Source: an uncultured delta proteobacterium
GTDB lineage: Bacteria; Myxococcota_A; UBA9160; UBA4427
Length of the DNA: 64,000 bases
Assembly: GCA_963822965.1 (NCBI GenBank)
Contig: CAWGJT010000005.1
Span: 1,152,001 to 1,216,000 of the forward strand
Reading direction: 5' to 3'
Made by a program: the position numbers and the translations under genes. Shown piece after piece: positions 31,510 through 40,892 of this stretch (its first letter is position 1; each line of letters begins with the position of its first letter). The notes beneath the pieces are model-generated. The model worked only from the letters and a program-made list of their open reading frames with translations. It ran no database searches and was not told the DNA's origin.

Positions 31510-32199
31510 CTACTCGCCGACGAGCCGCTCGCTGAGCGGCGCAGTCCGGCCGGTCGCGCGCATCAGCTCGCGGCCGCGGATGAACTCGACCTCCACCGGG
31601 GTACCCGGGTCGTGGAAGCCGTTCGTCGTCCAGACGTCGGCCCGCGTGTAGATGGGAACCCCCGCGATCCGCACGATCCGATCGCCCCGCTGCAGCCCGG
31701 CGTCGGCGCCCACGCCCTTCTCGCCCACCCGGCAGACCTGGATGCCGGCGGCAGTCTCGACGTAGGACAGGCCGAGGCACGAGCGCGTGCAGCCGTTGTA
31801 GTGCCGCTTCACCATCTGCCCGGTCTCGAGGTACATCACCAGGTCGCGGAAGCCGTGCTCCCAGCCCAGGCCGTTCGAGACGGAGAAGATGTCCGCGTCC
31901 TCGCCCTCGCCGAACCCGAAGCGGGTGACGGCGATGGAGCAGCCCACCTCGCGGCTCTCGAACACGATGGTGAACTCCGCACGCTGTGGCGGATCGCCGG
32001 CGGGCTGGCTCCAACGGAGCTTCTCGAGGGGCACCGCCTCGAGCAGCTCGATCCCCGTCCCGCCGTCGTGGTCCGTGGGGATTCCCTGCCCAGGCGGAGG
32101 CGAGAGCAGCACCTGAAGGGTCTCGCGGTTGGTCACCGCCTCCCAGACGCGATCGACGGGGACGGCGATCTCGAAGGTCTTCTCCCACTTCTGGCTCAT
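31510..32199 (-). CDS. SRPBCC/AHSA1 domain plus PDZ domain protein
   Basis: FEIAVPVDRVWEAVT...GWEHGFRDLVMYLETG, then LGLSY...GADAGLQRGDRIVRIAGVPI. Confidence 0.8.
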   Translation of the reverse strand: MSQKWEKTFEIAVPVDRVWEAVTNRETLQVLLSPPPGQGIPTDHDGGTGIELLEAVPLEKLRWSQPAGDPPQRAEFTIVFESREVGCSIAVTRFGFGEGEDADIFSVSNGLGWEHGFRDLVMYLETGQMVKRHYNGCTRSCLGLSYVETAAGIQVCRVGEKGVGADAGLQRGDRIVRIAGVPIYTRADVWTTNGFHDPGTPVEVEFIRGRELMRATGRTAPLSERLVGE

Positions 32200-32789
32200 T
32201 GATGGCTCCCTTCGGCTTGGGGGTGTACGGCCAGGACGACCCGGTAGGGGGCGCCCTCCCGCGCGCCGTAGCGTTCGAGCAGGGCTCGCGTCGACTCCAG
32301 ATAGGCGCGCATGAAGGCCGCGCGGTCCTCCGGGCTCGCGAAGCGGAGCTCGGCGCTGACCGCGGCGCTGGGAATCTCCTCGCCGTCGAAGGCCGCGCGG
32401 TCGAGCAGCTCGGCGGCGTCCTGCTGCAGGCGCTCGCCCAGGGCCACCAGGGTCTCGAGGGAGTGCTGGGCCCGCAGGGCCTCGACGCGCCGGCCGCTGG
32501 TCCACGCGACCTCGGGCGCCACCACGAAGGAGCGTGCCACCGAGCGGTAGAGGGTCTCGACGAAGTTGCCGTTGGGGCGGGTGCCCACGGGCTCGACCAG
32601 GCCGGCCTCGGCCAGGGCCTTGAGGTGGTAGTTGACCCGCTGGCGGGGCTGCCCGATCTGCCGGGCGACGGCCGCCGCCGAGGCCGGCTCGCGCAGGGCC
32701 TCGAGCATCTCGACCCGGGTCGGGTGGGACAGGGCCCGGAGGCCGGCTGCGCTGCGGATCGCGTGGACGCGGGGCTGGGGCTCGCTCAA
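32196..32789 (-). CDS. ArsR-like (HTH_20) transcriptional regulator
   Basis: ALSHPTRVEMLEALREPASAAAVARQIGQPRQRVNYHLKALAEAGLVE; 4-nt overlap with the downstream gene. Confidence 0.88.
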   Translation of the reverse strand: MSEPQPRVHAIRSAAGLRALSHPTRVEMLEALREPASAAAVARQIGQPRQRVNYHLKALAEAGLVEPVGTRPNGNFVETLYRSVARSFVVAPEVAWTSGRRVEALRAQHSLETLVALGERLQQDAAELLDRAAFDGEEIPSAAVSAELRFASPEDRAAFMRAYLESTRALLERYGAREGAPYRVVLAVHPQAEGSHQ

Positions 32790-32804
32790 GAAAGTATTTC
32801 CTGT

Positions 32805-32826
32805 CTAGAAAACATATTCTTTCTAG
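32805..32826. promoter_or_regulatory. Candidate autoregulatory operator of the ArsR-like gene
   Basis: ctagaaa-acatattc-tttctag inverted repeat in an AT-rich patch 16 bp upstream of the start. Confidence 0.6.
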
Positions 32827-33074
32827 CTGGCCCGGCCGACGCCGTCAAGCCCCACCCCGGGCCGATCCGGCACTGCACGAGGGGCTTGAGCCGGAGGCCC
32901 GACGGGCCGACCAGAGAGATGCGTGTCCCGCGCAGCGCCAGGCAGCGTCGAACGCGGCGCGAGGATTCCAGGGACATGGGAGCGGCGCGCGGGGCAGTGC
33001 CCGCGCGGCGTGCCGATCCCCGAGATGCGGGGGCGATGCGCCAGGTACCGCCGCGATCGTTGTAGAGTCGATGC

Positions 33075-34820
33075 GTGAGATCTGATCTGGGGGTTGCTGC
33101 TTTGAAGTCGAGCTTGAGAAGCGACGAGCGGTCCTGTGCCGCCTTGGCCGCTTTGGCCTTGCTGGTTCCGGTGCTGGCTCTGGCGGGCTGTGCTGCCGGA
33201 CGGCCGCCGGTGAGTCCGCAGCACGCGTTTACCGAATCCGGCGACGAGTCGGCACTCGATGCCGACGCACGCGCGATCGCAGCGGGCGAAGCGGACCCGG
33301 CGATCCTCGTGGCCGAAGCGCTGGAATCCTGCGAGTCCGCGCGGACCTTCTGGCAGCAGGGCGACATCGATGCGGCCCTCGCCACGCTCGACCTGGCGTA
33401 CGAGCTGTTGCTGAAGATCCCCGACGACCCGAGCGTCATCCAGCAGAAAGAGGATCTGCGGCTTCTCATCTCGCGCCGTGTCGTCGAGATCTATGGCTCG
33501 CAGCTGACGACGGCGGCTGAGCTCGGCTCTCCGATCCCCGTGAAGATCAACTCGCACGTCGAGCGCGAGATCGAGCGATTCCGCGGCCCCGAACGGGAGT
33601 TCTTCCTCGACGCCTACCGGCGTTCGGGACGGTACCGCCCGATGATCGTACGCATGCTGCGCGAGGCGGGGCTCCCGGAGGAGCTGAGCTGGCTTCCGCT
33701 GGTCGAGAGTGGATTCAAGACGCGCGCGCTGTCATCGGCTCGGGCGCTCGGCATGTGGCAGTTCATCTCCTCGACGGGCTCCCGCTACGGGCTCGACCGC
33801 AGCCAGTGGATCGACGAGCGGATGGACCCGAAGAAGTCGACCGACGCGGCCATCCAGTACCTCACGAATCTGCACGGGCTGTTCGGCGACTGGATGATGG
33901 CCCTGGCGGGCTACAACTGCGGCGAGCACCGGGTGATTTCGCTGATCCGCAGCCAGGAGAACGGCTATCTGGATCGCTTCTGGGATCTCTTCGGTGCCCT
34001 TCCGTCGGAGACGGCGCGTTATGTGCCCCGCTTCCTGGCGACGCTCCTGATCGTGAACAATCCCGAGAAGTACGGCTTCGAGCTGCCGGAGCCGTTGCCC
34101 CCCGTCACCTACGAAACGGTTTCCGTGAGCCGGCACGTGCGCCTGGCCGACCTGGAGGGCGCGCTGGGCCTGGAACGGGAAACGCTCGCGTACCTGAACC
34201 CCGAGCTGCGTCGCGGAACGACCCCCGCAGAGACCTACGACCTCCGGGTGCCGCCGGCGGTGGCTCAGTCGTTCGACGCCAGGCTCGCCGCGCTGCCGAG
34301 CTACGTCCCCCCGCCGCAAGAGAGCTACGCGCGCCATCGGGTCCGGCCGGGCGAGACGCTGTCCACCATCGCACGCCGATACAGAACGTCGGTGGGCGCG
34401 ATCGTGCGTGCCAACCACCTGCGCAGCCGCAACCGGATCCGGGTCGGGCAACGTTTGAGGATTCCTCACCGGGGCGGCTCGGCGTCCGTGCTCGCCGCCA
34501 GGGGCGTCGCGGGAACATCGCTCAAGCACACCGTTCGCCGAGGCGACAGCCTGTGGAGCCTGGCCTCGCGCTACGGCACCACGGTCGACCGCATCAAGGC
34601 CGACAACGGGCTCCGCGGAGACGGGCTCGTCATCGGCCAGAGGCTCGCGATCGAGACCGGGAGTCCGGCGGGCTCGCGCAGCTACACCGTGCGCCGAGGC
34701 GACACGATCGGCCGGATCGCACAGGCTCAGAACGTGCCGGTCGATTCGATCCTGCTCGTCAACGGCCTGTCGCGTTCGAGCACGATCTATCCCGGGCAGG
34801 TCATCCGCTTCCCCGACTGA
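33075..34820 (+). CDS. mltD: Membrane-bound lytic murein transglycosylase D (SLT plus 3 LysM)
   Basis: LPLVESGF...ALGMWQF, YNCGE and ETARYVPRF motifs; three LysM repeats; lipobox LAGC. Start uncertain. Confidence 0.9.
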   Translation: MRSDLGVAALKSSLRSDERSCAALAALALLVPVLALAGCAAGRPPVSPQHAFTESGDESALDADARAIAAGEADPAILVAEALESCESARTFWQQGDIDAALATLDLAYELLLKIPDDPSVIQQKEDLRLLISRRVVEIYGSQLTTAAELGSPIPVKINSHVEREIERFRGPEREFFLDAYRRSGRYRPMIVRMLREAGLPEELSWLPLVESGFKTRALSSARALGMWQFISSTGSRYGLDRSQWIDERMDPKKSTDAAIQYLTNLHGLFGDWMMALAGYNCGEHRVISLIRSQENGYLDRFWDLFGALPSETARYVPRFLATLLIVNNPEKYGFELPEPLPPVTYETVSVSRHVRLADLEGALGLERETLAYLNPELRRGTTPAETYDLRVPPAVAQSFDARLAALPSYVPPPQESYARHRVRPGETLSTIARRYRTSVGAIVRANHLRSRNRIRVGQRLRIPHRGGSASVLAARGVAGTSLKHTVRRGDSLWSLASRYGTTVDRIKADNGLRGDGLVIGQRLAIETGSPAGSRSYTVRRGDTIGRIAQAQNVPVDSILLVNGLSRSSTIYPGQVIRFPD

Positions 34821-34975
34821 GGTCGGCGATGGGACTTTGAGCTGCGTTCGCCCGAGTCGGGACCGGCGGACCTGAGGCCCGCTCGGCTGCACCGAGCTGC
34901 AGGCCGTGAACGTGGCGAAGAAGCGGGACCGGTCGCCGCTACCGGGGATCGATTCGGGACCGTATCCTTGGGGGC

Positions 34976-35368
34976 ATGCCCCTCATCGAGACCCGCCCCT
35001 ACTTCGTGATCGGTGACCTCGTCTCCAACGTGGGCGTGGGCGCCGGCATCGGCGCGCTCGCGGCGCTGCTCTTCGATCCCACATGGAACATGTTCGTGGC
35101 GATGTTCGTCGCCATGGCGCTCGGCATGCTCGTTTCGCTTCCCCTGGCCTTCCTCCTGGGGGCCCTGTTCGGCGCCATGGAGATCATGATCCCGGTCATG
35201 ACCACCGGCATGGTGGCGGGCATGTTCGTGTCGATGGCCGCTGCGATGGAGGCGTGCCCGGTCGCCCGGGGCGCGCAGCTCGGAGCGTTCTCGGGGGTGG
35301 GTGTCATGATCGCCGTCTACCTCGCCAACGCAGTGATCCGCCGGAGGACATCGCATTGGACCTCGTGA
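34976..35368 (+). CDS. Methionine-rich small membrane protein
   Basis: About 4 TM helices, 13 Met in 130 aa arranged as MxxxM runs; overlaps the next gene. Confidence 0.7.
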   Translation: MPLIETRPYFVIGDLVSNVGVGAGIGALAALLFDPTWNMFVAMFVAMALGMLVSLPLAFLLGALFGAMEIMIPVMTTGMVAGMFVSMAAAMEACPVARGAQLGAFSGVGVMIAVYLANAVIRRRTSHWTS

Positions 35369-35961
35369 CCCAGAAGAAGTGGGACCGCGCCGCGGCGAAC
35401 TTCGACCTGATGGCGGGCTACGGCCCCGAGAAGCGCTGGCGACCCTTCAAGGAGGCGTTCTTCGCGCGGATGGGAGAGGGTCGCATCCTGTTCCTGGCCG
35501 TGGGCACCGGCCTCGACGTGCAGTTCTTCCCCCAAGACCGCCGGATCGTCGGGATCGACATCAGCCCGCGCATGCTCGAGGCGGCGGCGCCACGGGTCGC
35601 TGCCTACCGGGGCTCCCTCGAAACGCAGGTCGTCGACGTCCACGAGATGCCCTTCGAGGACGCCTCCTTCGACCAGGTGTTCACCTCCTGCACCTTCTGC
35701 TCGGTGCCGCGGCCCGTGGAGGGGCTCGAGGCCCTGCGCCGCGTGCTGAGGCCGGGCGGCGAGCTCCACATGTTCGAGCACACGGGCAGCCGCTACTACC
35801 CGTTCCGCCTGATGATGAACCTGATGACGCCGCTCTCCCGGCGGGTCGGACCGGAGATGAACCGCCCCACGGTGCAGAACGTCGAGCGCGCTGGCTTCAC
35901 GCTCGAGCGGGTCGAGCACGTCTTCCTGGACGTCGTGAAGACCATCCACGCCCGCGCCTAG
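35356..35961 (+). CDS. Class I SAM-dependent methyltransferase
   Basis: TTG start after GGAGG; ILFLAVGTG, GIDISPRML, FEDASFDQV and LRRVLRPGG motifs. Confidence 0.9.
   Translation: MDLVTQKKWDRAAANFDLMAGYGPEKRWRPFKEAFFARMGEGRILFLAVGTGLDVQFFPQDRRIVGIDISPRMLEAAAPRVAAYRGSLETQVVDVHEMPFEDASFDQVFTSCTFCSVPRPVEGLEALRRVLRPGGELHMFEHTGSRYYPFRLMMNLMTPLSRRVGPEMNRPTVQNVERAGFTLERVEHVFLDVVKTIHARA
35886..35961 (+). repeat. 76-bp direct repeat, copy 1 (last codons and stop of the methyltransferase)
   Basis: Matches 42850-42925 at 75/76 positions; the only difference is the synonymous GAC/GAT. Confidence 0.97.
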
Positions 35962-37745
35962 GAGCGCGAGCTCCCTAGCGACAGCAGAAGGCCGGTCGCC
36001 TCCCGCTCCAGACGCGTCATGCGAAGACTCCGTGCGCTCTCGCATGCGATGCTCAGCTTCCTTCGAGCAGCCTGGATCCGCCTCTGTCCGCCCCGACGAC
36101 TCAACATCCATCCCCAGGCGCAGGCTACTGTCGCCTCGAATCCGCGCGCATCGAGAGCTTGGCAGATCTCCGTCGCCCGGCGAAAATGTTCCTCGGCCTT
36201 CGTCCAAGACTCGAGGGTCGTTTCCGCGAGACCCAGGAAATAGTCCAACGGTTCGGCGCAAATGTACGCCCCCATCGAAACCATCACGTGATCACTCCGC
36301 GACATTTCATCCAGGCATTGCCATGCCAGGCGTCTGTCGGCGAGTCGGAACGCGATCTCCGCACAGAACGCGACGATCGTATTCCAGACGTGATTCCGCG
36401 GCTCTGAGTCGAACCAGCCCCTCGGAAGACGATCCATCATCCGGGCCCCGTTCTCAGGAACCCCCAAGTAGGACATCCCCAGCGCGATCGAGATCGCCGT
36501 GATCCTGTGTTGCAGTCGTTCCACCCCGAGCACGGGCATCACGAGATGCCTGATCTCTTCCGTCCGCACGCGCGCGGTCATCCACGCCTGGGCTCCGAGC
36601 ATCAAGCGATGGTCTTCTTCGCTGTCGCTGATGTATCCGAGGCCTCTGTCTCGGCACTCGATCGCGTGGTCGTAGCGCCCGCCCATGAATTCCAACGTCG
36701 ACTGCACCAGTCCCAAACGAGCGAGCCAGAGGTTCTCGTCGAGCTCTTCCGCAAGGCGCCGAAAGGCGGCCCAGTGCGACTCCATGCGCTCCAGATCGGC
36801 CGCAGCGAGTGCGTCGCTCACACACGCGAAGTGTGCCGCGAGCTCCATTCGGGGGTCCTGAAGCTCGCGCGCCGTCTTGACTGCCCTCTCGGACATCTCG
36901 CGCCTTTCACGCAGCGTGCCGGGACCTTCGATGGCCAGATGACCCAACAACAGGATGCGGGCGCTGGTATGCGGATCATCGAGTGCCTCGCTGTCGCGCA
37001 GATTTCGCCGCACGGCGGCACAGCGCTCGCCGAGATTCGTGATCTCCATGTTCGCGACTTCGAGCTCGGCCTTGAGCTCGAGCGACAAGGCGAGATCGCT
37101 CGAGCCGACCGCCCGAATCGACTCGTTCAGAAGGTCGATGAGCAGCGGACTTCGGTGGCTTGCCAGGTAGGTGCCCGCCATCGCGATCGCGGCGCGTCCA
37201 AGAAGCGATCCGTCTTCGCACATGCGCGCGAGCACCGCCACGCGAAGCAGGTGCGTGCGAGCCGCGCTGAAGAGGCCTTGCCTCGTCTCCAGGATAGCCA
37301 ACTCGAGACATCGCTCGGCTTCGTCTCGGGACGGGGTCGATCCCACGTCCAGCTCGGCTTGCAGGATCGCGATTCGCTCTCGTCGTGCCGCGCGCTCGCC
37401 TCCGGCCTCCGAGCCGAGAGCCGTAGAGGACTCGATCTCTCGGATCGGCTGCACGAAGCGATAGCCGACCCCGTGGATCGTCTGAATGATTCCGCTGCCG
37501 TCTCGTTCACGACTCCCAAGCGCCGTGCGCAGCGCGTTCACACATCGGGGCAGCGACGAATCGGAGACCTGGTCGCCATCCCAGAGAACCTCGATGAGTT
37601 CCTCCTTGCCGACGATTCGATCGTTGTTTCGAATCAGGTAGCTCAGCATCAGCAACGCGCGCCGTTCGAGCTTGATTCGCCGCCCACCGCTGAGCACCGT
37701 TCCGCTGGACTCGTCGAACGAGAAGCCCGCGAATTCGATGACCAC
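35958..37745 (-). CDS. OmpR/CadC-type winged-helix regulator with TPR-like C-terminus
   Basis: IEFAGFSFD...MLSYLIRNNDRIVGKEELIEVLW...VSDSSLPRCVNALRTALG...IQTIHGVGYRF, then a long helical-repeat region. No Walker A motif. Confidence 0.85.
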   Translation of the reverse strand: MVIEFAGFSFDESSGTVLSGGRRIKLERRALLMLSYLIRNNDRIVGKEELIEVLWDGDQVSDSSLPRCVNALRTALGSRERDGSGIIQTIHGVGYRFVQPIREIESSTALGSEAGGERAARRERIAILQAELDVGSTPSRDEAERCLELAILETRQGLFSAARTHLLRVAVLARMCEDGSLLGRAAIAMAGTYLASHRSPLLIDLLNESIRAVGSSDLALSLELKAELEVANMEITNLGERCAAVRRNLRDSEALDDPHTSARILLLGHLAIEGPGTLRERREMSERAVKTARELQDPRMELAAHFACVSDALAAADLERMESHWAAFRRLAEELDENLWLARLGLVQSTLEFMGGRYDHAIECRDRGLGYISDSEEDHRLMLGAQAWMTARVRTEEIRHLVMPVLGVERLQHRITAISIALGMSYLGVPENGARMMDRLPRGWFDSEPRNHVWNTIVAFCAEIAFRLADRRLAWQCLDEMSRSDHVMVSMGAYICAEPLDYFLGLAETTLESWTKAEEHFRRATEICQALDARGFEATVACAWGWMLSRRGGQRRIQAARRKLSIACESARSLRMTRLEREATGLLLSLGSSRS

Positions 37746-38444
37746 TCGACAGCCCCCTCCTCCGGTCTCAGTTCCGTGTCGTCACGTTCTACTCACGCCC
37801 TTCCTCGCATTGAACTCGATCCGGACCTTCTATGCTAGAAGCCCACGGCAGAAGCGCCGGAACCGATTCACTCGGCCGTCGGGTCCGCTTGGTCGGGTAG
37901 CGGCAGCACCCCGTTCGGTGCCGCCGCCCCGCCTCCCGGAAAGTCTCAGTGCCTGCGCAGAATCTGCCGTGGACGCGGTACGATCCACGCTCCGCTGTAG
38001 TGCGTCACCAACGCACGCGAACCCCACCAACCGGGTTGAACCCGGAGCTTCCGCAGAGCGGATCGGTCGGGCGCACCCACGCCACGTAGCCATGAGCAGC
38101 TGCTCGGGTCCGAGATGCGCAATGGCGTCGAAGACGCGGCGCTGGCTCTCGCCGGCGCGACACACGCGGCGTGTAACCTGGCACGTTTCGGACATGGCTA
38201 TCGGATGCTCGACGACAGTATCTCCCAGGCGCAGGGCATCGCCCTGATCGAGGGCTCGGGACTTGCCTTCTACTCGGCGATGGCCCTTCTTGCCCTCGTG
38301 GCGGTCGTCCAGAAGGCCGGCGGGGGCGGCAGCCAGCTACTCCGGGGTCACACCCAAGGCCCGGGTGCTCGGTCCCGCGACCGCTGGAGGCGTGGGCGTC
38401 CTCTCGAGCGGCGCTCGCGAGGACGTCCACGCCTCGGGCCCCGT

Positions 38445-40412
38445 TCAATCGCTTCGCAGGCGCAGCCGCTCCCTTCGCCTCCGCAAGGCCATCAGCGGCA
38501 GCAGTACGAGCGCAAGCTCGAAGCCCAGACCACAGCTGCTTGTCCCTGCCTCGGATACCCCGGTCAGATTCGGGCAATCCCGGTCTGCCGGCCAGTCCAC
38601 GAGGCCGTCAGCGTCGTCGTCGATTCCGTTGCTGCACTCGGGAGCTTCTTCCCACCTTGCAGTCCGACAGCCAGGATCATCGGGATAGTCGATCAAGCCG
38701 TCACCGTCGTCGTCGATCCCGTTGCCGCACTCCGGATCTTCGACCGCCTGGTAGCCGTTACAACCCTCGTCTTCCGGATAGTCGATCAGGAGGTCCCCGT
38801 CGTTGTCCTTCCCGTCCTCACACTCGAAGCACGCATCCCCGACCCCGTCATTGTCTGCATCTTCCTGGTTCGGGTTCGGGTGAAACATGCAGTTGTCGAG
38901 CGCGTCGACGACCCCATCACCATCGCTGTCGGGTTCGATGGTCAGGTTCTCGAAGAACTGATTGGGCAGAGTCCCCGGTACCAGGTTGAGCAGGTTGGTG
39001 TACAACGTCGCGGAATCTCCGCCTGCCATGTACATGTCCGGGTCACCGTCCTGGTCGTAGTCGATCAGGTCGACCGAGAGACGCTCCGCTTGAAATCCGA
39101 GCGGCCCGATGAAGACGGGATCGATGTAGGTGTCCACGAGGATGGAGAAGGCAGCGCCGGTGGCTTGCTCGTCGTAGCGATAGGCGCGGACACCACCCTC
39201 GCCTTCCCACGTCCCGGGGCCGTAGCTGGTAAATCGATACCACGCGAGGAGGATGTCGACATTCCCGTCGACATCGAGGTTCCCGAGCTCGACGTCCACT
39301 GGCGTCTCCCAGAACCCGATGTTGCCGACATGGGGAGCAAGGAAGCTCCCGGGGTTGGCCGCATCACCTCGGAAGACGGCGAACTCACCGTGGTCTGATG
39401 CGATGTCGTATCCACTGAGGACCACATCCTCCGCTCCGTCCCCGTCCAGGTCGGCGGCCGCCCCTGAGTAGCCCTGGAAGCCCGGGTCGAACGCGCCGGC
39501 ATGCGAAAAGGCGCCGCTTCCATCGTTGACGAAGAGATCCCCTGCCGCCACGCCGACGCCCATGTTGACGTTCATGATGTCGAGACTCGTGTCGCCGGGG
39601 CCGTCGGCAAGCAGGAAGAAGACACCCACGCCGTACTCACTGTTGCTCGATCCTTGCGGGAGCTGACTCGCCGTGAAGCTGGTGCCGCTTCCCCCGACAT
39701 TGAGAAAGACCGAGGTTCTCGCCGGGTCTCCCGGGACGCTACATGCACCCGAGGCGATCGGGCCCGGCGTCTGCGAGACCGCAAAATCCGCGGCGAAGTC
39801 GCCATTCAGATCACCCGCGGCAATGTGTGTGGGGCAGGCCGTCATCGACCCGACGAAGTCCGCCGGGTTGCTCAGGTCGAACCAAAGGCCTCCGACGCCC
39901 TTCTTGTTCTGAAACACCTTCACTTGTCGAAGAATGGCGTCGGTCAGGATCAGGTCTGCGAAGCCGTCGGCGTTGAGATCTACGAGCTCCACATCGGTGG
40001 TCTCGCTCGCACCGATCCCAAGGGCAATCGCATCGAAGCCACCGACCCCATCGTTCAAACGAAGAACCAGGGTCTCGGAAGCCGGGTAGGCGCCGACGTT
40101 CGACTCCAAGAGGTCCGGATAGCCGTCGTTGTTCACGTCGCCGACTTCGGCGTCTGTCGTTCTCTGCAGGTTGAGATTCGGATTGCCCAGAAAAGCAGAG
40201 GCGTCGTGGAAGTCGATCAATTGGAGGCCACTTCCGGGATCGACCTCCTCGCCGTCGATCTGTGTGCGCTCCACGAACTGCAGCGGATTGTTCTGCGCCG
40301 AACTCGAGGTCGCGACGAACACGAAGGCCAAAGCGAGCACGTACAAGCCGGTCGATACGCTGCCAGCCCCTCTCTTCGACGACTGTCCCAAACCCCGTGA
40401 GAAATCTGACAT
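38445..40412 (-). CDS. Secreted FG-GAP (integrin-like propeller) protein with TSP3/Cys-Asp repeats and a C-terminal Cys-TM-Arg anchor
   Basis: Repeated GDVNNDGYPDL, DLNADGFADL and DLDGDGAEDV; DSDGDGVVDALDNC; three C-x-(D/N)G-x-D-(N/D)-D-x-D-x-L-(I/V)-D-(Y/W)P units; ends SSCGLGFELALVLLPLMALRRRR. Confidence 0.85.
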   Translation of the reverse strand: MSDFSRGLGQSSKRGAGSVSTGLYVLALAFVFVATSSSAQNNPLQFVERTQIDGEEVDPGSGLQLIDFHDASAFLGNPNLNLQRTTDAEVGDVNNDGYPDLLESNVGAYPASETLVLRLNDGVGGFDAIALGIGASETTDVELVDLNADGFADLILTDAILRQVKVFQNKKGVGGLWFDLSNPADFVGSMTACPTHIAAGDLNGDFAADFAVSQTPGPIASGACSVPGDPARTSVFLNVGGSGTSFTASQLPQGSSNSEYGVGVFFLLADGPGDTSLDIMNVNMGVGVAAGDLFVNDGSGAFSHAGAFDPGFQGYSGAAADLDGDGAEDVVLSGYDIASDHGEFAVFRGDAANPGSFLAPHVGNIGFWETPVDVELGNLDVDGNVDILLAWYRFTSYGPGTWEGEGGVRAYRYDEQATGAAFSILVDTYIDPVFIGPLGFQAERLSVDLIDYDQDGDPDMYMAGGDSATLYTNLLNLVPGTLPNQFFENLTIEPDSDGDGVVDALDNCMFHPNPNQEDADNDGVGDACFECEDGKDNDGDLLIDYPEDEGCNGYQAVEDPECGNGIDDDGDGLIDYPDDPGCRTARWEEAPECSNGIDDDADGLVDWPADRDCPNLTGVSEAGTSSCGLGFELALVLLPLMALRRRRERLRLRSD

Positions 40413-40892
40413 GTGTTTTGGTCCCCGAATGATCGTCCAATTTGCTTGCCGGCCCAGGTCCACTGGAAGATCGAGTGGACGAAGGACCCATCACATCCAG
40501 TCACCCTACGGGAAGAGCGCATCAGCGATTCTTCGAAATTCTTAAGATTCAGGAGGCCCGCTCCCCCCTGCGATATTGGTGTGCCCCTTAGGTGCTTGGA
40601 TCGCGATGGCACCGCCCCTGGACCTTCCGTCGGAGAATTCGCGCCATCGCTCCAAGGCGGCTTCGGGCTGACGCCCGAGCGCAGCCGCGATCGGGGGGTG
40701 GAAGGCATCTGGCCTCGACTGCTCGAGCGAGACGACCGAACCGGCGGTGCGGAGCCAGCCGGAACCACGCCAATCGGCAGCGCCGGAGTGCGCGGGGGAA
40801 GCCCTCTCAGGCAGTCCGATTCGGACTCTCAGCAGGCGCCGCGACCGAAGCGGCTCTGGGGCGTGAGCGGTGCGCCGGGCGCCTCGACGCCG

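Noticed and set aside
38040..38335. Possible decayed secreted-protein gene divergent from the winged-helix regulator
   Set aside because: It has a hydrophobic tail (AFYSAMALLALVAVVQK) but no recognisable motif, start or stop, so it is too weak to call.
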